Part shown: positions 42,431-52,060 of the stretch, one piece after another
Numbering within the stretch: the stretch's first letter is position 1
Layout: each line of letters begins with the position of its first letter
Assembly: GCA_041690395.1 (NCBI GenBank)
Contig: JAWLHJ010000002.1
Location: 228,707-292,706 of the forward strand
Source of the DNA: Longimicrobiales bacterium
GTDB lineage: Bacteria; Gemmatimonadota; Gemmatimonadetes; Longimicrobiales; Gaopeijiaceae
DNA: 64,000 nucleotides
Reading direction: 5' to 3'
Notes under the pieces: generated by a model
Told to the model about the DNA's origin: nothing
The model's database searches: none
Seen by the model: the letters and a program-made list of their open reading frames with translations, nothing else
Made by a program: the position numbers and the translations under genes

Positions 42431-43546
42431 ATGCCCAGCTTCCATCCGTTCGAGCTCGAGCACTACCAGTCCCTGTACGAGCACACCGTCGACGTGAACC
42501 TCGCCGACAGCTCGGTGAAGTGCACCGACGTCGGCTCCTGGCTGACCGCGGCCGAGCGTGACGCTCTCCTCTCCGTGAGCCTTCTGTACCCTGAAGTCAA
42601 CGGTCTCTCCCGGATGCGGGAGAAGATCGCGGCGCACCACGACGGCACGACGGCGGACGAGGTGCTCGTCACGACGGGAGCCGCCCAGGCCAACCACCTG
42701 GTGGCCTCGACCCTGCTCGAGCCGGGTGACGGCGTGGTCTGGTTCTCGCCCGGGTACCGACAGGTCCCGGGCCTCGCGCTGAACCTGGGGTGCCGGGTGC
42801 ACGACGTGCCACTCGACCCGGATGACGACTGGGCGGTCGACTGGGACCGGTTCGACGCCGCCATGCGGGAGGGCGTGCGCATGGTGGCGGTGGTGAACCC
42901 GAACAACCCGACCGGACGGATTCTCGACCGGTCCGAGATGGAGCGCATCGTGGCGGCCTGCGAGCGCGTAGGGGCCTGGCTGCACGCCGACGAGGTCTAC
43001 CACGGCACCGAGCTGGACGGTACCGAGACCCCATCGTTCCGTGGCATGTACGACAAGGTCGTCGTCACGAACTCGCTCTCGAAAGCGTACGGGCTCGCCG
43101 GCCTCCGGATCGGTTGGGTGGTGGCGTCGCCGGCCGTCATCCAGGATCTCTGGCGCCGGCACGAGTACGAAGTCATCGCGGCGGCCGCGCCGAGCATGTT
43201 CCTCGGTGACCTCGCGCTCTCGCGGGAGAAGCGGGTGACGCTACTGGACCGCCAGCGCAGCATCAGCCGCGTCGGGCACGACACCCTCACCGATTGGCTC
43301 GCCGAGCAGGATGGGCTCTTCAGCGTCGCGCGCCGCCAGGCCACGTCCATCGGTTTCGTGCGCTACCATGTCGACGCCCCGTCCCTCGAGGTCGCCGAGC
43401 GCATCCGCACGGAGGCGTCGGTCCTCACGGCGCCGGGAGTGTTCCTCGGCACCGAGGGGCACCTGAGGATCACCGTCGGCTACGAGCCCGAGAAGATCCG
43501 TCCGGCGCTCGACCGCATCGCGGACGTCGTGCGCGGCATGGGCTGA
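42431..43546 (+). CDS. Class I/II PLP-dependent aminotransferase
   Basis: VTTGAAQAN, NPNNPTG, ADEVY, SLSKAYGLAGLRIGW. Confidence 0.9.
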   Translation: MPSFHPFELEHYQSLYEHTVDVNLADSSVKCTDVGSWLTAAERDALLSVSLLYPEVNGLSRMREKIAAHHDGTTADEVLVTTGAAQANHLVASTLLEPGDGVVWFSPGYRQVPGLALNLGCRVHDVPLDPDDDWAVDWDRFDAAMREGVRMVAVVNPNNPTGRILDRSEMERIVAACERVGAWLHADEVYHGTELDGTETPSFRGMYDKVVVTNSLSKAYGLAGLRIGWVVASPAVIQDLWRRHEYEVIAAAAPSMFLGDLALSREKRVTLLDRQRSISRVGHDTLTDWLAEQDGLFSVARRQATSIGFVRYHVDAPSLEVAERIRTEASVLTAPGVFLGTEGHLRITVGYEPEKIRPALDRIADVVRGMG

Positions 43547-43549
43547 GGC

Positions 43550-45025
43550 TCAGTAGAACAGCGTGTGCGCCATGAGGGCGATGATCGGCAGCGTGATCAC
43601 GGTCCGCAGCCCGAAGATCACCACGAGCTCGACGAAGCTCAGCGGAATCTTCGACTTCAGGATGAGCACCCCGATCTCCGACATGTAGATCAGCTGGGTG
43701 AGCGACAGGCACCCGATCACGAAGCGCGTGAGCTCGCTCTCCACGCTCGTGAGAAGCACGGCCGGCAGGAACATGTCGGCGAAGCCCACGAGCGTGGCGG
43801 GCGCGGCGGCGGCCGCCTCCGGGAGCCGGAGAAGCTCCAGCACCGGGACCATCGGGTACGAGATCCACGTGAAGACCGGCGTATGCTCCGCCAGCGCGAG
43901 CGCGACCGTCCCGATCGCCATCACGAGCGGCAGAAGTCCGAAGAAGATGTCCGCGATGCTGAGCAGCACGTCGCGCGACAGCTTCCGGGGGGTCGGCGCG
44001 GTCCGCGCCCGTCCCACCGCGGCCAGGAGGCTCTGCCCGAACACGCTCATGCCCTGCGGCCGATCGGGCTCGTCCAGGCGTCGGCCGACGGGAGGGTAGT
44101 ACTCGTCGGGCTTGCCCGAGAGCGGAGGGATGCGGGGCATGATGATGGCTGCGGTGAGGCCCGCCACGACCACCGTGAAGTACATCTGGACGAACATGTG
44201 ATCGAGCTCGATGAAGCCTGCGATGAGCAGGCTGAACGCGATCGAAGCGACGGAGAAGTTCGTCGCGATGACCGAGGCCTCGCGCTGCGAGTAGTATCCC
44301 CGCTCGTACTGCTGGTAGGTGATCAGAACGCCGAGCGGCGCCGCCCCCATCCAGGACGCGGTCGCGTCGATGGCGCTCCGGCCCGGCAAGCCGAAGATCT
44401 TACGGAAGGGCTTCCGGACGATCGTCCCGATGAACTCCATGAGCCCGAACTCCGTCAGGAACGGGAGCATGGCCAGGGCGAAGAGGAAGAAGGTCAGGAG
44501 GACGGGAATCAGGTCGTTGAGGATCACGCCTCCCGTGGCACCCCCGCTGATGAAGTCCGGACCGAGCCCGAACACGGTCATCAACCCGAAGAGCGCGCCG
44601 ACCACTCGCAGCCCGAACCACAGCGGGCCTACGCGGAAGATCTCCCCCCACCCCTCGGCCCGCATCCATGCCGGGTTGGCGACGCGCGCGAACAGCGACG
44701 CGAGTACGGAGAGGCAGAGCACGGCCACGCCCAGCGGCACCAACGCCTCGCCCAGCAAGGCGGACAACGCGTCGGCCAGGACGCCGATGCCGATGGTCAC
44801 CGACTCTCCCGAGCCCAGCGGGAAGTGGGGAATCGCCGGGCGCGGCACGACCCGCTCGCCTATCCTGAACCATTCCTCGGTCCCGAGGGGGATCAGGAAC
44901 ATCGCCATGCCGAGTAGGGTCGGCAGCACGAACTTCAGCACACTCCCCCCTCCCTGCTCCGGCGAGGAGCCGCCAACGCTTGCGGGCGTGACCGTCGAGG
45001 CGTCGCGCTCCGATCCCTGGCTCAT
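43550..45025 (-). CDS. YjiH-family (nucleoside-recognition Gate domain) membrane transporter
   Basis: FGLMEFIG, LPGRSAID..ASW, YERGYYS.REA..IATNFS, GFADMFLP, QLIYMSEIG. Confidence 0.88.
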   Translation of the reverse strand: MSQGSERDASTVTPASVGGSSPEQGGGSVLKFVLPTLLGMAMFLIPLGTEEWFRIGERVVPRPAIPHFPLGSGESVTIGIGVLADALSALLGEALVPLGVAVLCLSVLASLFARVANPAWMRAEGWGEIFRVGPLWFGLRVVGALFGLMTVFGLGPDFISGGATGGVILNDLIPVLLTFFLFALAMLPFLTEFGLMEFIGTIVRKPFRKIFGLPGRSAIDATASWMGAAPLGVLITYQQYERGYYSQREASVIATNFSVASIAFSLLIAGFIELDHMFVQMYFTVVVAGLTAAIIMPRIPPLSGKPDEYYPPVGRRLDEPDRPQGMSVFGQSLLAAVGRARTAPTPRKLSRDVLLSIADIFFGLLPLVMAIGTVALALAEHTPVFTWISYPMVPVLELLRLPEAAAAAPATLVGFADMFLPAVLLTSVESELTRFVIGCLSLTQLIYMSEIGVLILKSKIPLSFVELVVIFGLRTVITLPIIALMAHTLFY

Positions 45026-45987
45026 CGTGTCTTCCTGTCTGTGCGGTCGCGTCCATGCCACAGGAAGCCGAGCGGCGACTCGCGCAGCACGCTTCCGGTG
45101 AGGAGCAGGATGTTGGCAGGTCGCTCCGCGAGCCTGCGCATGAGGTAGGGGTACCACTGTTCCCCGAAGGGAACGTATACACGCACGTTCCACCCGTCGC
45201 GAATGAGCATCTGCTGCAGATCCCGACGGACTCCGTAGAGCATCTGGAACTCGAAACGCTCGGCCGGGACGCCGCTGCGGGCGACATGGCTCACGGTCGC
45301 CTCGATCAGCTCCTCGTCGTGCGTGGCGATTCCCGGGTAGTTCCCGTGGTCGATGAGCTCGCGCATGAGCTGCACGAAGTTGCGCACGACCTCCGAGCGC
45401 TCCTTGAAGGCGATGGAGGAGGGCTCGTCGTAGGCGCCCTTGCACAGTCGCACGCGCGCTCCGAGCTGGTTCATCCGGGCTACGTCGCCCGCGGTCCGGC
45501 GCAGATACGCCTGAAGCACGACGCCGATGTTCTGCCACCCGTCGGCCCAGAGCTTCTCGAATGCGTCGAGGGTCCGCTGGGTGTATGCCGAAGACTCCAT
45601 GTCGAAGCGCACGAAGACGTCGTCGCGCCGGGACCGCTCCAGGATGGGCGCCAGGTTCTCGGCCAGGAACGACTCGGAGATCGCCTGACCCAGCTGGGTG
45701 AACTTCAAGGAGACATTCGCGTCGAGGCCTTCACCCGCGATCCGGTCCATGACCTCCACGTAAACGTCAGCCGCCTGCCGGGCCGCGGCCTCGGTCTTCA
45801 CCGATTCGCCGAGGTAGTTGCCCGTGGCGGTGAGGCCGTCCGCGTTCGCCTCACGGATGCCCGCCACCAGCGCGTCCACGGTCTCACCCGGCACGAAGCG
45901 CCGAGCCATCCCGCGCAGCGGGGTCTGCGTAACCGCATACCGCGCGACGTCCGAGTCGCTCAGCGCGATCAAAGTGCTTCTCAACAC
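45022..45987 (-). CDS. Monofunctional proline dehydrogenase
   Basis: RRFVPGET, SLKFTQLG, RFDMES, VLQAYL, RLCKGAYDE, IATHD, FEFQMLYG, YVPFGEQWYPYLMRRLAERP. Confidence 0.95.
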   Translation of the reverse strand: MLRSTLIALSDSDVARYAVTQTPLRGMARRFVPGETVDALVAGIREANADGLTATGNYLGESVKTEAAARQAADVYVEVMDRIAGEGLDANVSLKFTQLGQAISESFLAENLAPILERSRRDDVFVRFDMESSAYTQRTLDAFEKLWADGWQNIGVVLQAYLRRTAGDVARMNQLGARVRLCKGAYDEPSSIAFKERSEVVRNFVQLMRELIDHGNYPGIATHDEELIEATVSHVARSGVPAERFEFQMLYGVRRDLQQMLIRDGWNVRVYVPFGEQWYPYLMRRLAERPANILLLTGSVLRESPLGFLWHGRDRTDRKTR

Positions 45988-46033
45988 GTCGGCTCTCTGC
46001 TCGTCACGGGATGGAGGATGATGGCTGGACCGC

Positions 46034-46068
46034 AAAACAGGGCTCGGGCTTTCCAGCCCGAGCCCTGT
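46034..46068 (-). terminator. Intrinsic terminator after the ankyrin gene
   Basis: 14-bp perfect stem ACAGGGCTCGGGCT/AGCCCGAGCCCTGT with a 4-nt loop, followed by T residues on the minus strand. Confidence 0.75.
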
Positions 46069-46098
46069 CAGACGCGCATGGCCCGACCGTAAGTATCG

Positions 46099-47985
46099 TT
46101 AGCAGGACACGCAGTTGTCGTTGTTCTTGGCGCCGAGGCTCTCGAGCAGCTCGATGGTGCTCGGGTACGGCTGCACCCGCTGGATCGGACCGTTCGCCAT
46201 GTCGGCGGTCGTCTGCCCGGAGCGGCTGATCACGGTCACGTCGGCACCCTTTTCGACGAGGTAACGGATCATCTCGTCGTCGCCTCGGGACGCCGCGTGA
46301 TGAACGGCGGTGTAGCCGTTCGCATCGCGCTGATTGACGTCGGCCCCCGCCTCCTCGACGAGGAACCTGACGGCGGCAAGCCATCCGTTCGGCACGTACC
46401 GGTGGGCGTTGCCGGCGAACGACTGGCCGTAGCCCACCCCGGACGCAGCGTGGATCGGGTAGATGGCCGGCCCGTTCGTGGGCACCGGCGGAAGTCCGGA
46501 CGGGTCGAGCTCGGGCTCGGACTCCTCACGCTCCTCCTCGTTCTCCATCGGGTCGTCGGGGGCCCGCCGACGCCGCTCCGGCGCCTTCATCGTGGCGATG
46601 TCCGGGTCCGCGCCGTGCTCCATCAGCAGCCGCATCGCCTCGACGTCGAGCGCGTACGCAGCCCGCCAGAAGGGCGTGGCCCCCTTCACGTAGATACCGC
46701 TTCCCCCGAGCACGCTGAAGGTGAACTCCATGTACCAGAGGTGTCGGTTGAGCCGTGCGTTGGGGTCCGCCCCGGCCTCGAGCAGCGCCCGCATCATGTC
46801 GAGGTGGGTCGTCTCCTGCTGGCGGTGCTCCACCGGATGCGCGTAGGAAGCCCTGGGCTCCCACTCGCGCTCCAGCACCGTGTAGAGCGGTGTCGCACCA
46901 GCCACGCTGGCCTGATTCGGGTCGGCCCCGTGCTCGATCAGCACCTTCGCGAGGTCCCACTGACCGTTGATCGTCGCCATCAGGAGTGGTGACGTGAGGT
47001 CGCCGCTCGTCTGGTTGATGTCCGCGCCCCCATCGAGGAGCGCCAAGGAGGCCTCCAGGTGACCCTGTCGGACGGCGTGCAGGAGCGGAGTCAGCCCACC
47101 CCATCGGTCGACCTGCTCGGCGTACGACAGCGTCCTCTCCTCGGGATCCCCGCTCTCCTCCTCGGCGTCCGCGTCGACCGGCTCCTCCGACGCCTCCTCC
47201 TCGGTCGGCTCGCCCTCTTCGGACTCGGCGTCCTCGGCCTCGATGTTGGGCCACTTGCGCTGCACTTCCCGCGACAGCTCGACGGCGGCCTGGACCTGGG
47301 CCGGAGTCGGCGTCCAGTCACCACCGCCGCCTTCCTGCTCGCGGAACTCGTCGAGCGCCTCGGTCAGTCGCTGTCCCGCCGCGCGGTCCGCGGCCTCCCA
47401 CTCCTTTACGTCCACCGAGCGGGCCGACTTGTTCGGGTCGGCGCCGGCGGCCAGGAGGACACGGATGACCTCGGTGCGGTTGCTGGACGCGGCGAAGATG
47501 AGCGGCGTCTGACCCCAGGCACCTTCCGTGAGATCGGGATCCGCACCCTGCGCGAGCATGGCCGACACGATCTCCGGATCACCCGACGCGGCGGCCAGAT
47601 GGAACGGCGTGACCCCGCCGTTCGTGGTCCGGGCCACCGGGTTGGCCCCCGCGCCGAGCAGCACCTCGACGACGCCACGGCGCGCCTGGCGGGCCGCGAT
47701 GTGCAACGGAGTGTAGCGTCCGATACGCGTCCCCGCCTCGGGGTTCGCACCGGCATAGACCAGCACGCTCGCGAGCTCCGCGTCACCGCGATCGGCGGCC
47801 CAGTGCAGCGCGGTCATGCCGTCGCCCTGTGCCGCATTCACGTCCGCGCCGCCCCTCACGAGCGCCCGGACCGCCTCGACGTCACCGCGCTGGGCGGCGT
47901 CCGCGATCGGCGCTTCCGGAGGCCCGGCCGCGGTCACGAACGCGGCGAGAACCATCGTGGCCAGCAGCTTCGTCGTGCGTCTCAA
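46099..47985 (-). CDS. Secreted ankyrin-repeat protein
   Basis: Many G.T(A/P)LH.AA repeats; signal-like N-terminus; acidic insertions; ends in CVSC; TTG start overlaps the DUF1552 stop. Confidence 0.88.
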   Translation of the reverse strand: MRRTTKLLATMVLAAFVTAAGPPEAPIADAAQRGDVEAVRALVRGGADVNAAQGDGMTALHWAADRGDAELASVLVYAGANPEAGTRIGRYTPLHIAARQARRGVVEVLLGAGANPVARTTNGGVTPFHLAAASGDPEIVSAMLAQGADPDLTEGAWGQTPLIFAASSNRTEVIRVLLAAGADPNKSARSVDVKEWEAADRAAGQRLTEALDEFREQEGGGGDWTPTPAQVQAAVELSREVQRKWPNIEAEDAESEEGEPTEEEASEEPVDADAEEESGDPEERTLSYAEQVDRWGGLTPLLHAVRQGHLEASLALLDGGADINQTSGDLTSPLLMATINGQWDLAKVLIEHGADPNQASVAGATPLYTVLEREWEPRASYAHPVEHRQQETTHLDMMRALLEAGADPNARLNRHLWYMEFTFSVLGGSGIYVKGATPFWRAAYALDVEAMRLLMEHGADPDIATMKAPERRRRAPDDPMENEEEREESEPELDPSGLPPVPTNGPAIYPIHAASGVGYGQSFAGNAHRYVPNGWLAAVRFLVEEAGADVNQRDANGYTAVHHAASRGDDEMIRYLVEKGADVTVISRSGQTTADMANGPIQRVQPYPSTIELLESLGAKNNDNCVSC

Positions 47986-49358
47986 AGCAGGAACTCCCCC
48001 GTGCTGTCTCCGAAGCTCGTGAGATCCGAATGCCCGAGCTTCTGCATCAGGCTCACGAATACGTTGGACATCGGCGTGCCGTCCGGAGCCTTGTAGTGCA
48101 TACCACCCTGGAAGGCCCCGTTGCCGCGACCCAGGAAGACGAGCGGACAACGGCGGTGGTTGTGCAGGTTGGCGTCGCCCATCGGCGAGCCCCACATGAC
48201 GACCGTCTGGTCGAGCAGGCTCGAGTCGCCGTCCATGGTGTTCTGGAGGCGCTCCATGAAATGCGCCAGCATGCTCACCCGGTACTGGGAGATCTTGTTG
48301 AACTCCATGATCCGGTCCTCCCGGTCGCCGTGGTGCGACGCCGGGTGGAAGCCGCTGTCGGACCCGCTCTCGGGGAAGGTCCGATTGGACGCGTCCCGGC
48401 CGGTCTTGAACGACACGACACGCGTGGTGTCGGACTCGAACGCCAGCACCTGCAGGTCGAACATGAGCTTCATGTGCTCGCTGAACGAGTCCGGTACGCC
48501 CGCGGGGGCCTCGGGCAGCTCACGCTCCTCGCCGCTCGTGTTCTGCGCCTCGACGAGCTGGATGCGGCGCTCGATCTCCCGCACGCTGTCGAGGTACCGG
48601 TCGACCCGCTGCCGGTCGCTCGCCCCCAGGTCCCGCTTCACGTGGGCCACTTCGCCCTGGACCCAGTCCAGGATGCTCCGGTGCGAGCGCCGACGGGCGA
48701 TACGCTCGGCCTCGCTGCCGCCCGCGCCGAAGAGCATGTCGAAGACCGTCCGCGGATTCCGCACCTGCGGCAGCGGCGTGTCCGGGGACGCCCAGCTGAT
48801 GGAGTCCGTGTACGAGCACGAGTAGTTGTAGTCGCACCCGCCACCCTTGTCCGTGGGCTCGATGCAGAGCTGGAGCGACGGAAGGACCGTCTCCTGCCCG
48901 AATCGCTGCGCGTGGATCTGGTCCAGCGACACGCCGACGTGGAGGTCCGACCCCTGCGTTTGCTTCGGATGTGACTGCGTCAGGAAGACGGCGCTCGACC
49001 TGAAGTGGTCGCCACCGATCTCCTCGGGAGAGAACGCCTCGGCCATACGGACGTCGGTGTTGCTCACGATGGTCAGGTAGTCCTGGTACTCCGCGAGCGG
49101 GGCCAGGACGTTGTCCGGCTTCAGCTCGTAGTTCCGGCCCACCTGCTCCGGCGCGAACAGGTGCTGGCTCGCGCCCCACTTGTTGCAGCCAGGCACACCG
49201 TGCACCTCCTCGATGGCGACGAAGCGCGTCGGCTGCGTCTCCACACCGTTCCGACGTCCGGCCGGCACCATGGCGTCCAGCATCGGGAGGCCGACCATGG
49301 CCCCCATCCCCTGGATGAACGAGCGGCGCGGGATGTGCTTGCCAGTGATGAAATGCAT
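47982..49358 (-). CDS. DUF1552-family protein with a twin-arginine-like N-terminus
   Basis: PRRSFIQG..VGLPMLDAM, SLDQI.A...GQET.LPSLQL, CDYNYSCSY..SISW, YLDSVREIERRI, LAFESDTTRV. Confidence 0.88.
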   Translation of the reverse strand: MHFITGKHIPRRSFIQGMGAMVGLPMLDAMVPAGRRNGVETQPTRFVAIEEVHGVPGCNKWGASQHLFAPEQVGRNYELKPDNVLAPLAEYQDYLTIVSNTDVRMAEAFSPEEIGGDHFRSSAVFLTQSHPKQTQGSDLHVGVSLDQIHAQRFGQETVLPSLQLCIEPTDKGGGCDYNYSCSYTDSISWASPDTPLPQVRNPRTVFDMLFGAGGSEAERIARRRSHRSILDWVQGEVAHVKRDLGASDRQRVDRYLDSVREIERRIQLVEAQNTSGEERELPEAPAGVPDSFSEHMKLMFDLQVLAFESDTTRVVSFKTGRDASNRTFPESGSDSGFHPASHHGDREDRIMEFNKISQYRVSMLAHFMERLQNTMDGDSSLLDQTVVMWGSPMGDANLHNHRRCPLVFLGRGNGAFQGGMHYKAPDGTPMSNVFVSLMQKLGHSDLTSFGDSTGEFLL

Positions 49359-49393
49359 CGTCGTGAATCTCCTGGCCCGTGGGGCCTGATCAA

Positions 49394-51838
49394 TCAGTCG
49401 TTGTCGACGTCGGTAGCGAGCGCACGCTTGAGTCTGAACTGGTCGCTCTGGACCACGCCCAGGATGAACGAGGACATGCGGTAGTCGTGTTCAGCCGCCT
49501 CCCGGGCGATCGCGCGCACGGCCGGCTGGTCCATGTGATCCACGCGTCGTCCCAGCGCGTAGGTCATGAGGTTCTGTGTGAAGTGCCGGACGAACGGGAT
49601 CGGTCGCTGCTCGAGCACCGCCGCGAGGCTCGCGGGGCTGGAGATCTCCGTGCCGTCGTAGAACTCCCCTTCGGTGTCGAGCGGCACCCCGTTCTCGCGC
49701 GTCCTCCACTGTCCGGTCACGTCGAAGTTGTCCAGCGCCATGCCGATCGGGTCGATCAGCTGGTGACAGGAGTTACACGTCGGGTTCGCCCGGTGCATAC
49801 GCAGCCGGTCCGCCGTCGTCGCCAGGCCTGCCGGAGCCTCGTCCCCCGTCGATTCGTCCAGTGTCGGGACGTTCGGCGGCGGCGGCGGCGGCGGCGTGCC
49901 CAGCAGTACCTCCATCACCCATTTACCCCGCAACACCGGCGACGTGCGGTTTCCGTAGGACGTCTGCACCAGCATGCTCCCGTGTCCCAGGATTCCCTGG
50001 CGCCGGTCGTCCGGATAGGCCACCAGACGGAAGTCGTCGCCGACGACGCCGTCGATGCCGTAGTGGTTCGCGAGACGCTCGTTGAGGAAGGTGTAGTCGG
50101 CGTCGAGGAGCTCGAGCAGGCTACGATCCTCACGGATGAGGTTGTCGAAGAACAGCTCGGTCTCACGGCGCATGTCCCGCCCGACCTGGCTGTTGTAGTT
50201 CGGGAACCAGAACGCGTCCGGCTTCACCTTGTCGAGATCCTGGAGCCGCAGCCAGAGCGATGCGAAGCGCGTCGCGAGGGCCTCGGACCTGGGATCCTCG
50301 AGCATCCGGCGCGCCTCACGCTCCAGCGTCTCCGGGTCGTTCAGGTCGCCCTCGGCGGCCACCTGCCGCAGCCGCTCGTCGGGCCCCGTGCCCCACAGGA
50401 AGTACGACAGCCGGGAGGCGAGGTCGAGGCCCGCGATCTCGAAGACCTCGCCCGGCCTGACGCCCGCCGGCGTCCGCTCGAAGCGGAAGACGAAGTGCGG
50501 GCTGACCAGCATGGCCTCGATGGCGGAGCGCACGCCCCGCTCGAAGCCGCCGTCGGCCGCGCCTTCGTCGTAGAAGTACATGAGCCCGTCGATGTCGCGC
50601 TGCTCGAGCGGACGACGATAGGCCTCGGTGGCCAGGCGCGTGATGATCTGCTCGGCACAAGGGCGAGCTTCGTCCGCGGACGTGGGTCGGCAGCTGAACA
50701 CCCGTCGGCGCGCATCGGTCTCGGACACGCCGGAGGCGTCGAACGGACCCTCCACGGTCATCTGCATGATGTGCGGGAGCGACGTCGTACCGTAGCTCGC
50801 CTCGGTGCCCGTCAGCGACCAGTCGTTCGGGCGGATCAGGTCCTCGTAGGGGCCGTCCTGCTTCCGGATGAACGCCGCTGTCAGGCGTCGCTGGCCCGCG
50901 CGGACGAACACGGAGTCCGTGCTGACCGGATACGCCAGGCGGCCCTGGAAGTCGATCAGGCGCGTGCTCGCGCCCTGGTAGCGGAGGAGCGCCACACGCT
51001 CGCCGTCCACCGAGATGTCGATGTCGTCGAAGCGCTCGCCCCACCCGGAGATGAAGCCGAGCGACACGATGTACTTCCCGTCGGCCGGGAAGGAGTGGAG
51101 CACGCTGACGCCGCCGCGCGTCCCGTACGGGGCACCCTCGACGCGGTCCCACTCGTGCTGCGACACGTACGGCTCGTTCTGGTACGTCGTCTCCACGGGC
51201 GTCGCGTCGGGATTCCCGATCACCTGGCGCGCGATCTCACTGGCGGCATTCAGGTACGCGTCCATGAGCGTCGCGGAGAAGCCCTGGACGTCGGCGACAT
51301 TGTCGAAACTCGCGCTGATCTGATCGAGCGGCAGCCACTGGCCGGCATCCACCTGAAGTCCGAACAGGTCCTCGATGGCACGCTCGTACTCCGCACGATT
51401 CAGCCGCTGGAAGGGACGCTCGCCGGGCCTGGGCTCCGAGGCCGCTGCCTCGTCGATGGTGCGCTCGAGCCTCTCGACCAGGGCGACCAGGGTGTCGCCC
51501 GCGGGACGGTTCGCGCCCGGAGGCGGCATCATGTCGGCTCGGAGCTTCCGGATGACGCGCTCGGCCACCTCGGCCCGTTGGACGGCCTCCGAGACGGCGA
51601 AGTCCTCCAGGGACAGGTTGCCCGTCATACGCCGCTCGCTGTGGCAGCGGACGCAGTACTGGTCGACGACGTCGTCCATCGCCGCGGCGTCCGAGGAGGA
51701 CGCATGCGTAGCCGGCACGGACATCGCGGCGGTTTCGGAGGAGCCGAGATCGGCTTCCGTGCCGAAGAGCGCAGGGCCCTGCGTGGCGAACAGAAGGGCG
51801 GTGCCGGCGACGGCGGTCGCGACGATTGTCTTCATCAA
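49394..51838 (-). CDS. DUF1592/1587/1588/1585/1595 multidomain protein with two c-type heme motifs
   Basis: CVRCH...KLRADMMPP, RLNRAEY, LASRLSYFLW, TSPVLRGKW, CNSCH..IDPIG, YALGR; signal peptide. Confidence 0.9.
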   Translation of the reverse strand: MMKTIVATAVAGTALLFATQGPALFGTEADLGSSETAAMSVPATHASSSDAAAMDDVVDQYCVRCHSERRMTGNLSLEDFAVSEAVQRAEVAERVIRKLRADMMPPPGANRPAGDTLVALVERLERTIDEAAASEPRPGERPFQRLNRAEYERAIEDLFGLQVDAGQWLPLDQISASFDNVADVQGFSATLMDAYLNAASEIARQVIGNPDATPVETTYQNEPYVSQHEWDRVEGAPYGTRGGVSVLHSFPADGKYIVSLGFISGWGERFDDIDISVDGERVALLRYQGASTRLIDFQGRLAYPVSTDSVFVRAGQRRLTAAFIRKQDGPYEDLIRPNDWSLTGTEASYGTTSLPHIMQMTVEGPFDASGVSETDARRRVFSCRPTSADEARPCAEQIITRLATEAYRRPLEQRDIDGLMYFYDEGAADGGFERGVRSAIEAMLVSPHFVFRFERTPAGVRPGEVFEIAGLDLASRLSYFLWGTGPDERLRQVAAEGDLNDPETLEREARRMLEDPRSEALATRFASLWLRLQDLDKVKPDAFWFPNYNSQVGRDMRRETELFFDNLIREDRSLLELLDADYTFLNERLANHYGIDGVVGDDFRLVAYPDDRRQGILGHGSMLVQTSYGNRTSPVLRGKWVMEVLLGTPPPPPPPNVPTLDESTGDEAPAGLATTADRLRMHRANPTCNSCHQLIDPIGMALDNFDVTGQWRTRENGVPLDTEGEFYDGTEISSPASLAAVLEQRPIPFVRHFTQNLMTYALGRRVDHMDQPAVRAIAREAAEHDYRMSSFILGVVQSDQFRLKRALATDVDND

Positions 51839-52060
51839 AACTCCCAGGAGCCGCGGGCGCCGACCGCGGCCGTCTCTTCATCTATGTCGGGTGGGTACGC
51901 GAACGCGCCCGGACACGACGACGGCGGGAACGTCGTGCACCCGTATTCTAGGCCGGACGGAGGCCGTGGAAAAGCCGGCCCGACCCGTCACGGTCCGGTG
52001 ATCAGTCGTCTACAAGGACCCCCGAGAGGGCCCGAGCGTTGAGTCCACACTCCACGGCCA

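Noticed and set aside
49875..49895. (GGC)n microsatellite
   Set aside because: It encodes the PPPPPP stretch that follows the TSPVLRGKW motif; ordinary coding sequence
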